A DNA stretch of 63,229 nt, filler included, from Octopus bimaculoides (taxonomy: Eukaryota): the NCBI RefSeq assembly GCF_001194135.2. It is 6 parts of 6 records of this genome, joined end to end, with 100 filler letters (N's around TTAATTAATTAA, not from the genome) between each part and the next. Parts side by side here need not be neighbours in the genome. Positions count along the whole stretch, not along the records: positions 1 to 16,785 come from NC_068986.1; positions 16,886 to 35,430 come from NW_026315910.1; 4 more parts are not named here. One strand, 5' to 3'. The notes beneath the pieces are model-generated. The model searched no databases. It saw nothing but the letters and a program-made list of their open reading frames with translations, and was not told the origin of the DNA. The position numbers and the translations under genes were made by a program. Shown one piece after another: positions 10,001-20,627 of this stretch (position 1 is the first letter of the stretch; each line of letters starts with the position of its first letter).

Positions 10001-11270
10001 CCCAAAATAAGTTGTGTTGTCTTTGCCTTTACATTGCGTGTTGACCGAACAGTCGGTAAAGATGATGACGATGACGACGACGACGACGACGACGACGACG
10101 ATGATGATGATGATGATGATGATGGTGTCTCCCTTGCCAACAAATATCCAGTTGGCGTTTGGTTCCCTTCAAACAGTGTGGATGAGACATATTCCGTCGC
10201 TTGATCGTTCGACAAAGATGTTTGTGCCAGGCGTTCAGATCTTGCGGTCACATCCTGATTAGTGGCGGTCTCGGTTTCGAACGGTGCCGAATACACTGCA
10301 GTAGTTTCTGCTGCTGCTGCTGCTGTTGTTGTTGTTGTTTTTGTCGTTATAGATGGTGTTGTTATTGTTGCTGCTGTTCTCTTGGCAGTAATAGTAACAT
10401 TGTTACCCGTTCCTGTGGACTCTGGTCTCGTAGTCATGTTTAACGCGTCCCTAGTAGTTACGTTTGCTATACGTCTGGTCACGTGTGATGGTTTGGTCAA
10501 ATCTGTTGTTGGTTTGGTCACGTGTGTTGTTGGTTTGGTTACGTATGCTGTTCGTCTGGTCACGTGTGTTAATGGTCTAAATCTGTTAGTTTTAGAACTG
10601 ATCACATGTGTTGGTCTGGTTACATCTTTCGCTCGCCTCGTCACATGTGTTGTTCGTCTAGTCACGTGGTTTGCCTTTCTGGTTACATGTTCTGTTCGTC
10701 TGGTCACATGTGTTGTTAATGGTCTAGACTTATCTGTTTTACGGCTGGACACGTGTGTTGTTGGTCCGGTCACGTATGTTGTTGATCTGGTCACGTGTGC
10801 GGTTGATCTGGTCACGTGTGTTGTTGGTCTGGTTCCCTGCGTTTTTCGTCTAGTCAAGCGTAAGCGTACAGTGTGTCCTGTCACGTGTGGAGTTGATTGT
10901 TTGTCATTGTTTGTTTTAGGTCTAGCCACATGGGTTGTTGGTTTGGTCACGCGTGTTTTTCGTTCGATTCCGTGTGTTGATGCTCTCGTGGCCACGTGTG
11001 TTGATGCTCTTGCGGTCACATGTGCTGATGTTCCTCTGGTCACGTGTGTTGATGCTCCTCTGGTCACGTGTGTTATTACTTCTCTGGTCACATGTGTTGT
11101 GTCATGCGATACTGTTGGTGGCAGTGCAGTTGATGGTTGCGATGTCGCCGTCGAATTTGGTTTGTTTGGCAACGACGGGGATGACGGCAATGACGATGAT
11201 GAAGACGACGATGGCAAGGTCCGGAAGAAGAAAAAAGGACGTCTTGGAAATATTCCTCCTTTAGCGACAC
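7040..11270 (-). CDS. MMP giant linker exon (Ser/Thr/Pro/His/Asn-rich) plus the start of the hemopexin domain (DVCFIPIDATFVDPSRTLYIFSG)
   Basis: Acceptor aattaacag|GT at 11270 (phase 1, matching the exon at 11829) and donor AGTG|gtgagt at 7040. The frame is stop-free from 11270 to the gap (9512-9952) and from the gap to 7040. The frame offset across the gap is explained by the estimated gap length, but an intron inside the gap cannot be excluded. Confidence 0.8.
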
Positions 11271-11330
11271 CTGTTAATTTGAGGTAGGTAGACGTTAGCA
11301 GAGGTATGGAAAGTATCAGGCTACGTAAAT

Positions 11331-11372
<42 letters not shown>

Positions 11373-11723
11373 CACCACTACCACCACCACCACCACCACC
11401 ACCACNNNNNNNNNNNNNNNNNNNNNNNNNNNNNNNNNNNNNNNNNNNNNNNNNNNNNNNNNNNNNNNNNNNNNNNNNNNNNNNNNNNNNNNNNNNNNNN
11501 NNNNNNNNNNNNNNNNNNNNNNNNNNNNNNNNNNNNNNNNNNNNNNNNNNNNNNNNNNNNNNNNNNNNNNNNNNNNNNNNNNNNNNNNNNNNNNNNNNNN
11601 NNNNNNNNNNNNNNNNNNNNNNNNNNNNNNNNNNNNNNNNNNNNNNNNNNNNNNNNNNNNNNNNNNNNNNNNNNNNNNNNNNNNNCACTACTGCTACCAC
11701 CACCACCACCACCACCACCACTT

Positions 11724-11755
<32 letters not shown>

Positions 11756-11828
11756 GCAACTGCTGCTGCTGCTGCTGCTGCTGCTGCTAATTTTTTCCAC
11801 CCCGAAAGCATGAATGCATGTAACTCAC

Positions 11829-11978
11829 CATAAATCGTTTGGATGACAGCAATGTCAAATTTGGACAGGGTACAGTCTCCTTTCATCCATGGCCACATGA
11901 TAGACAGGGGCCATCGGGAATGCATCAGCCCAAGGCTGTGTCCAAATTCATGTACAGCAACGCAGTAGAGTTCAGCAT
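11829..11978 (-). CDS. MMP catalytic exon with zinc-binding motif and Met-turn (N-AELYCVAVHEFGHSLGLMHSRWPLSIMWPWMKGDCTLSKFDIAVIQTIYG)
   Basis: Acceptor cataag|AT at 11978 and donor TATG|gtgagt at 11829; 150 nt, phase 1 to 1. HExGHxxGxxH and SIMxP are intact, ending in IQxIYG. No ORF in the supplied track covers this exon in full. Confidence 0.95.
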
Positions 11979-12033
11979 CTTATGAAAGAAAGAAAGACAG
12001 AAAGAAACATAGATGAAAGTTATAGGTTTATGT

Positions 12034-12067
<34 letters not shown>

Positions 12068-12988
12068 CATAATTTGTCTCCACTTTGGAGTCTGTTTGAT
12101 TACAAATACATATATGCACACACACACATTCACAGTTACGTGCACGTGTGTAAGTGTTTTTGAAGGTGATAGCTTTTACTAGGCGCATACTTCTTTTTCC
12201 TGAGAATTATTCTGAAAAGATGCGTATATTCGTGTATTTACAAACACGTGCGTATGTGTATATGTATATGTGTATATATATGTATGTATGTATATATATA
12301 TATATATANNNNNNNNNNNNNNNNNNNNNNNNNNNNNNNNNNNNNNNNNNNNNNNNNNNNNNNNNNNNNNNNNNNNNNNNNNNNNNNNNNNNNNNNNNNN
12401 NNNNNNNNATATAGAGAGAGAGAGAGAGAGAGAGAGATATAGATATATATACATACATATATATATACACACACATACATACAAACAACGTTTGCTAAAC
12501 TCTGCTTCACAAAAAAATGTATGAGACATTTTGTAGTAGCCACTATTGACGACAAAGTTCAAAATACAGTAACGGTAGTACCAAAAGAACTAAAACTCTT
12601 GGCTTGCGTTGATTATGTTGACACGTTTCAACAATATTTCATTTGCTTCGTAGTGACACTTTAAGGTTTAAAATATCATTACACTGTCTCTAGCTCCATC
12701 AAATGAACTGTCTTTAGCACCAATGAAATGACCGAAACGAATTAGCAGTTGGTATTGTTTGGGATGTGGTTGAAACGAATCTGAATAACTAATGTTCTGT
12801 GTCACAGCGATTCTAGAGAAAGCCATGTTTCAAACAGGTCTGATTATATAGAAAGGAAAATGGCTATGCAGAGTCACCCTCTGCATAGCCATTCGACTTC
12901 TAAGAAATAGTATCTCAAATTCCGAAAACGCGCAGTCCTCAGTGATGAGACAGGGCTAATAGTAATTACAAAAACTGAACCGACTCAC

Positions 12989-13214
12989 TTCTGTTGATGA
13001 AATTTCTCGAACCCCAGTCTTCGTCCGCATCAAAGTGGGCATCACCTGATAGACCCGGTGAGTTGTCGTAGGGAAAGAACGCATGCGCCAGAATGCCACC
13101 ATTTCCATCAAATGGACTACCATCGCCATGTCTACCAGTGAGAAAATTCACTTCTATGTCAACCGGGCCGCGTCTCTTGCGAGTGAATGTCAACTGTGTG
13201 ACTCGTTCCCATGC
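12989..13214 (-). CDS. MMP catalytic exon (AWERVTQLTFTRKRRGPVDIEVNFLTGRHGDGSPFDGNGGILAHAFFPYDNSPGLSGDAHFDADEDWGSRNFINR)
   Basis: Acceptor aattag|GCA at 13214 and donor AGAA|gtgagt at 12989; 226 nt, phase 0 to 1. HGDGxPFDGxGGxLAHAF and GDAHFDxDExW are structural Zn/Ca motifs of the matrixin family. Confidence 0.97.
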
Positions 13215-14455
13215 CTAATTAATAAACGAGTATGAAATGAATAAAGAAAAAAAACGACAAACACAAAAAGCAATTACGAACAAACTTCATTATAAACAAC
13301 AAATAAGTTAGCAATATTAACATTAACAATGACAGCCACGCGAGGGCCAAGAAATAACAAACGTACTGTTCTCAAATTACATCTTAACGTTTTCATACGT
13401 GAAGGTACATTGGATGACATATCCTACACACACACACACACACACACACACANNNNNNNNNNNNNNNNNNNNNNNNNNNNNNNNNNNNNNNNNNNNNNNN
13501 NNNNNNNNNNNNNNNNNNNNNNNNNNNNNNNNNNNNNNNNNNNNNNNNNNNNNNNNNNNNNNNNNNNNNNNNNNNNNNNNNNNNNNNNNNNNNNNNNNNN
13601 NNNNNNNNNNNNNNNNNNNNNNNNNNNNNNNNNNNNNNNNNNNNNNNNNNNNNNNNNNNNNNNNNNNNNNNNNNNNNNNNNNNNNNNNNNNNNNNNNNNN
13701 NNNNNNNNNNNNNNNNNNNNNNNNNNNNNNNNNNNNNNNNNNNNNNNNNNNNNNNNNNNNNNNNNNNNNNNNNNNNNNNNNNNNNNNNNNNNNNNNNNNN
13801 NNNNNNNNNNNNNNNNNNNNNNNNNNNNNNNNNNNNNNNNNNNNNNNNNNNNNNNNNNNNNNNNNNNNNNNNNNNNNNNNNNNNNNNNNNNNNNNNNNNN
13901 NNNNNNNNNNNNNNNNNNNNNNNNNNNNNNNNNNNNNNNNNNNNNNNNNNNNNNNNNNNNNNNNNNNNNNNNNNNNNNNNNNNNNNNNNNNNNNNNNNNN
14001 NNNNNNNNNNNNNNNNNNNNNNNNNNNNNNNNNNNNNNNNNNNNNNNNNNNNNNNNNNNNNNNNNNNNNNNNNNNNNNNNNNNNNNNNNNNNNNNNNNNN
14101 NNNNNNNNNNNNNNNNNNNNNNNNNNNNNNNNNNNNNNNNNNNNNNNNNNNNNNNNNNNNNNNNNNNNNNNNNNNNNNNNNNNNNNNNNNNNNNNNNNNN
14201 NNNNNNNNNNNNNNNNNNNNNNNNNNNNNNNNNNNNNNNNNNNNNNNNNNNNNNNNNNNNNNNNNNNNNNNNNNNNNNNNNNNNNNNNNNNNNNNNNNNN
14301 NNNNNNNNNNNNNNNNNNNNNNNNNNNNNNNNNNNNNNAACAGGTAAAAAATTATAGAGATCACGAATGAGGATTAATTCGTATGCCATGGCAATAAGAG
14401 CAAGTCGGCGTTTATTTCTTCCTTCCTTCTTTCCTTACTACCTTCCTTCTTTCCT

Positions 14456-14498
<43 letters not shown>

Positions 14499-14593
14499 CA
14501 AACGGAGAGACAATCAGCTACAATTTCATCCTACACTCTTATCGAAACACAAAACCTTTTCAGTTTTAAATGGAAGGTAAAAATTTAACTCAC

Positions 14594-14694
14594 CCGTAAG
14601 GCAGCGGTTATCACATACTCCAGTTGATGTTTATTAGGATATTTCGGTGGAGTGTTGATGTTGTACGTCAAGTCTTTCTTATACCATTTTGATC
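14594..14694 (-). CDS. MMP first catalytic-domain exon (G-SKWYKKDLTYNINTPPKYPNKHQLEYVITAALR)
   Basis: Acceptor aatgtag|GA at 14694 and donor CGG|gtgagt at 14594; 101 nt, phase 1 to 0. KWxKxxLTYxI is the typical N-terminus of the MMP catalytic domain. Confidence 0.9.
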
Positions 14695-15223
14695 CTACAT
14701 TTTACCAAAAATCAAATAATAAAGCATAAATCATGTATGAATATATAAACACGTACATACATCCATCCATCCATACATACATACACACATACATACATAC
14801 ACAAACACACATACATACATACATACAGACATACATACATGTGTGTATGCGTCTGTGTGTGTGTGTGTTATGTGCGGCCGAAAGAGTATTAGTTCAAAAT
14901 AGCAGTCTGTGTATCATACATAAAGTATATACGTCGTCGGAAGCCTAATAAACCTAGCTATTTGTGTCGATGAAGTACTTCTTATAGACGTATAGTATTA
15001 AAAGGCACAGAATTATATTAGCATTAGACGAAAATTGGGCAGCTGCGATGCCAGTATTTCCAAATATGTATTTCTGACTTCGAGCTTCGCCAGTAGCAAG
15101 TAATCACTAGCAACCGCATGCCAAAGAGATGGTTTCTCGAGTCTAAAACTGTAGCTTATCAGACTTTCAACATGTGTATTCTTTAAGTATGGAATACAGA
15201 TTGATATATATATATATATATAT

Positions 15224-15816
15224 ATGGGTACAAAAGTTGTCCCAACATACGCCAACTTAGTCATGACATATTTAGAAGTCCAGGTGTGTGAACAAGTCAG
15301 AACAAAGTACGTTATTAACTTCAAAAATTATTTGGTGAAAATAATTTTACCGTTAGAGAAATATTTTCTCTACGGTAACTACAGAGAATTTGCCTTTTAG
15401 CAGTTGAAATATGTCACAAACATATTTTAACTAACCATATTTTGCTTATGTCTAGACACTGCTTGGCGCTAATATTTCGTTATTTTTTCACGATCGGGCG
15501 ATCTACCAGCAGAAATCAGTCAAGGTTGTTGGCTGTATTTTACATAAAGCTATTGCTTTATAAGATTTTTTCAGATTTGTCTCTCTCTCGGTACACCCCA
15601 TTGATAAAACAAAGTAGCTTGAAACGTCGATGTTTGGGATTTCTAACAGATGGCGACACTGATTAAATAGGGTGTTTTCACACCTTTTTATCATAAGAAA
15701 AATATTTTTTCTACAGTAACTTCAGAGAATTTGCCTTTTTAGCAGTTGAAATATGTCGCAGAAACATTTTAACTAACCTAAATCTTGCTTTTGACTAAAC
15801 ACTACTTGGCGCTAAC

Positions 15817-15820
<4 letters not shown>
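15224..15820 (+). mobile_element. Penelope-like element fragment: RT motif (MGTKVVPTYANLVMTYLE) plus ~120-bp direct repeats (15357-15475, 15698-15818)
   Basis: The translation matches the PLE RT MGTxxAPxYANLxMxxLE motif. The direct repeats were seen by eye, and a degenerate hammerhead-like gaaacgtc motif lies near 15620. Confidence 0.65.
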
Positions 15821-15850
<30 letters not shown>

Positions 15851-16519
15851 ATCAGCTTGAATCAGCTCACTTAAAATTTCGAGGATGTGTAGGACAAGTC
15901 TGTTTCATCAGATGGAATCGAGTCAAACTTTCAGGAAGATCATTTGAAGCTACTATCATATACGTTGAGTGCTACTTTCCTTCGTATCTGACCATACAAC
16001 CGTTTCTTATGAATAAAACTATAGCTACAAGATACTGGCGAATTAATCTTAGAAAATTACTCTTAGAAAATTTCGTCAGCTGATTATCTTGTGTCGAGCA
16101 ATACAACTAATTCGCAAGTGAAAATGTTAGGAATCACCTGGGGTAGTCTCCCTTGTTGATGAATATAGAAGTTGGGCGAGTCATCTCCCTTGCATCTTAG
16201 AAGCTCCCGCGATGTAAGTGCTTGCAACAATTTTAATTACATAACCTACTAGCCGCAACAACCGACCTTCACTACGACAAATACAGAGCGGCCCCAGCAG
16301 CGTGCTATTAAAGATCCATTCATTTCACAGGGGTCACCTCAAAATCACATACATTTTCCCCTCATGTGTGAGACTTGAATAATGAGCGAGTCAACTATAT
16401 ACGCATGTGTGCGCGAACGTGTATTTAAGTGTATACATACATGTAAATGATCGTAGCTAAATATGAAAGAGGTTTTGTTAGTCTACCCCAACAATTTCTC
16501 TCAATTCTTCCCATTTACC

Positions 16520-16710
16520 GATGTACTCTGCCCAAAGCCACGTGGTTAAAATGCAAGCTATGCACACTTGGTTTCAGGTTCGGTCTTACTGAGTGGAATT
16601 TTGGGCCTGTGAGTGGAATTTTGGGACTGTAGCACGTAGCCGACCAATCCATTGTGAGTGAATTCGGTAGATGGAAAGAAACTGTGGAAACTCGTCATAT
16701 GTCTGTCTGT
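16520..16710 (+). mobile_element. SINE family A, degenerate
   Basis: ggtttcaggttcggtc...accaatccattgtgagtgaattcggtagatggaaagaaactg. Confidence 0.55.
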
Positions 16711-16785
16711 CTGTCTGTCTGTCTGTATGTATGTATGTATGTATATCAATGTATCTATCTTTCTCTCTCTCCCCCTCTCTCCCCT

Positions 16786-16885
16786 NNNNNNNNNNNNNNN
16801 NNNNNNNNNNNNNNNNNNNNNNNNNNNNNTTAATTAATTAANNNNNNNNNNNNNNNNNNNNNNNNNNNNNNNNNNNNNNNNNNNN
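16786..16885. other. Artificial 100-bp scaffold spacer N44-TTAATTAATTAA-N44 (also at ~35431-35530, 50832-50931, 58843-58942, 61573-61672)
   Basis: The same 12-mer, with stops in all six frames, is centred in 100-bp N blocks five times. Confidence 0.9.
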
Positions 16886-17071
16886 GGTCGTGGACGGCGT
16901 CCTGTGGGGGGGGGTAGTGGCAGTGGTTGAGGCTTGTGTGTGTGTGCGGTGGTGTTGGTGTTGGTGGTGGGGGTCCGTGAGAGATGAATTAGAAAGGGGT
17001 GGAGGTGTGACGGGTGGGTGTGTCGGTCGCGCTTTTCACGGTTTAATGCAATTAACAGACCTCTATACTTC

Positions 17072-17109
<38 letters not shown>

Positions 17110-18339
17110 ATTCTCTCTTTCTCTGTCTCTCTCTCTCTCTCTTGCTGTCTTACTCTTTCTCTCTCTGTCTGACTGTCTGTCTCTCTCTGTCCTCTCCTTC
17201 TCTTTCTGCCTCTCTCTGTTCCCTCTCATTTCCCTCTCCCTCTCTTTTCCTCCCTCTGTCTGTCTCTTTCTCTCTCATTCTATCTATTTTTCTGTCTCTC
17301 TCTGTCCTTCTCTCTCTCTCCCTCTCTATCTCTCTCTCTCTCTCTCTCTCTCCTCCTTCTGTCTCCCTCTCTCTCTCTGCCGTTTCCTCTCCCTGTCTCT
17401 TTTCCTCCCTCTCTCTGTCATTTTGTCTATTGTTCTGTATCTCTCTCTCTCTCTCTCTGTCCTCTTCCTCTCACTTTCCCCTCTCTCTCTCTTCCTCCTC
17501 CCCTATCTCCCTTCCTCTCCCTCCCCCCTTGGGGATTTCTTCAATTGTTGCTTGAGAGGCGGAGCAGTGGCAAAGAAAGCGGGGGAGGGGGGAAAAGAAG
17601 GGGTTAGACGAACGGATAGGGGAAGGCATGGCTGGACGGGTAGAGGAAGGGCAGGGCGAGCAGGCGGCGATGCAGTTGTTGTGTACAACATAACTGTGGG
17701 TATNNNNNNNNNNNNNNNNNNNNNNNNNNNNNNNNNNNNNNNNNNNNNNNNNNNNNNNNNNNNNNNNNNNNNNNNNNNNNNNNNNNNNNNNNNNNNNNNN
17801 NNNNNNNNNNNNNNNNNNNNNNNNNNNNNNNNNNNNNNNNNNNNNNNNNNNNNNNNNNNNNNNNNNNNNNNNNNNNNNNNNNNNNNNNNNNNNNNNNNNN
17901 NNNNNNNNNNNNNNNNNNNNNNNNNNNNNNNNNNNNNNNNNNNNNNNNNNNNNNNNNNNNNNNNNNNNNNNNNNNNNNNNNNNNNNNNNNNNNNNNNNNN
18001 NNNNNNNNNNNNNNNNNNNNNNNNNNNNNNNNNNNNNNNNNNNNNNNNNNNNNNNNNNNNNNNNNNNNNNNNNNNNNNNNNNNNNNNNNNNNNNNNNNNN
18101 NNNNNNNNNNNNNNNNNNNNNNNNNNNNNNNNNNNNNNNNNNNNNNNNNNNNNNNNNNNNNNNNNNNNNNNNNNNNNNNNNNNNNNNNNNNNNNNNNNNN
18201 NNNNNNNNNNNNNNNNNNNNNNNNNNNNNNNNNNNNNNNNNNNNNNNNNNNNNNNNNNNNNNNNNNNNNNNNNNNNNNNNNNNNNNNNNNNNNNNNNNNN
18301 NNNNNNNNNNNNNNNNNNNNNNNNNNNNNNACATATATA

Positions 18340-18460
18340 CGACGTGCTTCTTTCAGTTTCTGTCTACCAAATCCACTCACAAGGCTTTGGTCGGCCTGAG
18401 GCTATATTAGAAGACACTTGCTCAAGGTGCCACGCAGTGGGACTGAACCTGGAACCAATA
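18340..18460 (-). mobile_element. SINE family A (reverse)
   Basis: gcttctttcagtttctgtctaccaaatccactcacaaggctttggtcggcctgaggctat...aagacacttgctcaaggtgccacgcagtgggactgaacc. Confidence 0.75.
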
Positions 18461-18499
18461 TTTGATATATCTAGTTTGTTTATCCACATAATTGCCTGT

Positions 18500-18532
<33 letters not shown>

Positions 18533-19004
18533 TGTCTATCTTCCATGCATGCATAGGTAGGGCAGTTGACAGGAGCCGGCCAGGTAGAAAACCTACCCTA
18601 GACCAGACTGAATGCTTTTTACATGGCACAAGCACAGGTGGGGGGCAGTTTTGGCAAGGTTTTTTATAGCTGGATGCCCTTCCAAATGCCAACCACTTTA
18701 CTGTGGGGACTGGGTGCTTTTTATGTGGCACCAGCTCTGACAGAGTCATCAAGTAACTCGCAAGACATACACACACACACACACACATACATGTGCTTAT
18801 ATACATGTCGCTGGGCCACAGCCTTGAGAAACTTTCACTTCAATGTATCAACCTCACTATTTGTTCCGTTGATCTGTTTTGTTGAACTGCTAAGTTATGG
18901 GGTGGAGGGTGTGAACACACTAGCATTAGTTGCCAAGAAGTCATGGGGGGGACATCAATGGCATAAAGACACACCTACACACTCACACACACATATATAT
19001 ATAT

Positions 19005-19160
19005 ACGATGGGCCTCTTTCAGTTTCCGTCTACCAAATCTACTCACAAGGCTTTGGCGGCCCTAGGCTATCTTAGAAGACACTTGCCCAAGGTGCCATGC
19101 AGTGGACTGAACCCAGAACCATGTGGTTGGTAAGCAAGCTACTTACCACACAGCCACACC
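19005..19160 (-). mobile_element. SINE family A (reverse)
   Basis: Same sequence family as 18340-18460, including the head (aagcaagctacttaccacacagccac). Confidence 0.75.
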
Positions 19161-19436
19161 TCAACCTATCTATCTACGTAATGATAACGAGCCCGATAGA
19201 GGATAGATGGAAAATTAGACAGACAGATAAATGAAAGGATTGATTGATTGATTGATTGATCGATTGATTGACAGACAGACAACGAGACAGTATTTAAACA
19301 GATAGTTTTCAATAAATATAGTCACTGGATATTTTTTACCCACCTCTTCACACTGTCCCCTCTCTCAATAGGCAAACATGCCTTAACTCATTCGATGTAT
19401 GCGTGTATAAGAATACATCGTGATGATGATAACAAG

Positions 19437-19481
<45 letters not shown>

Positions 19482-20461
19482 CTCATATCTATGTATACAT
19501 AAAGAGGTACATATATCCAAAGATATATATATATATGTGTGTGTGCAAAAATGTGTATATATTCACACACACGTGCGTATATACACATAAAAATGTATAT
19601 ATTTTCACACCACAGACACCTCNNNNNNNNNNNNNNNNNNNNNNNNNNNNNNNNNNNNNNNNNNNNNNNNNNNNNNNNNNNNNNNNNNNNNNNNNNNNNN
19701 NNNNNNNNNNNNNNNNNNNNNNNNNNNNNNNNNNNNNNNNNNNNNNNNNNNNNNNNNNNNNNNNNNNNNNNNNNNNNNNNNNNNNNNNNNNNNNNNNNNN
19801 NNNNNNNNNNNNNNNNNNNNNNNNNNNNNNNNNNNNNNNNNNNNNNNNNNNNNNNNNNNNNNNNNNNNNNNNNNNNNNNNNNNNNNNNNNNNNNNNNNNN
19901 NNNNNNNNNNNNNNNNNNNNNNNNNNNNNNNNNNNNNNNNNNNNNNNNNNNNNNNNNNNNNNNNNNNNNNNNNNNNNNNNNNNNNNNNNNNNNNNNNNNN
20001 NNNNNNNNNNNNNNNNNNNNNNNNNNNNNNNNNNNNNNNNNNNNNNNNNNNNNNNNNNNNNNNNNNNNNNNNNNNNNNNNNNNNNNNNNNNNNNNNNNNN
20101 NNNNNNNNNNNNNNNNNNNNNNNNNNNNNNNNNNNNNNNNNNNNNNNNNNNNNNNNNNNNNNNNNNNNNNNNNNNNNNNNNNNNNNNNNNNNNNNNNNNN
20201 NNNNNNNNNNNNNNNNNNNNNNNNNNNNNNNNNNNNNNNNNNNTGGGGAAGGGGATGGAAGGGCAGCGCCGGGGGTGGTGGTGGCAGAACTCATTCGTTG
20301 GTGGCACAGTGGTGGTGGCACAGTGGTGGTGGCACATTAATAGCTCGTTCTCTGGCACACCTCCTCGACACCTAACCTTTTAATTTTTCGCCGTCTGTGT
20401 GTGTGTGTGTGTGTTTTTGTGTGTATATCTGCCTGTGTGCATGTGTCTATGTATATCTGCC

Positions 20462-20506
<45 letters not shown>

Positions 20507-20510
20507 TTTA

Positions 20511-20541
<31 letters not shown>

Positions 20542-20568
20542 GTGTGTGTATTTTTGTGTCTGTATATC

Positions 20569-20627
<59 letters not shown>

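Noticed and set aside
7958-11287. Long plus-strand Val/Leu-rich ORFs (8110-8727, 9077-10204, 10262-11287) antisense to the MMP linker
   Set aside because: These are the expected shadow frames of Thr/Pro/Asn-rich low-complexity coding sequence. They have no domain, splice or start context of their own.
11306-11828. ORF track joins the catalytic exon through poly-Ala/Val/Gly/Ser into the linker (9085-11925)
   Set aside because: 11271-11828 is an intron (gtgagt...aacag) filled with trinucleotide repeats and a gap; the read-through is coincidental.
15595-15640. Hammerhead-like cat-tgataa...gcttgaaacgtc-gatg next to the Penelope RT fragment (and a similar relic near 1730)
   Set aside because: The catalytic core CUGANGA is mutated, so at best it is a dead PLE ribozyme.
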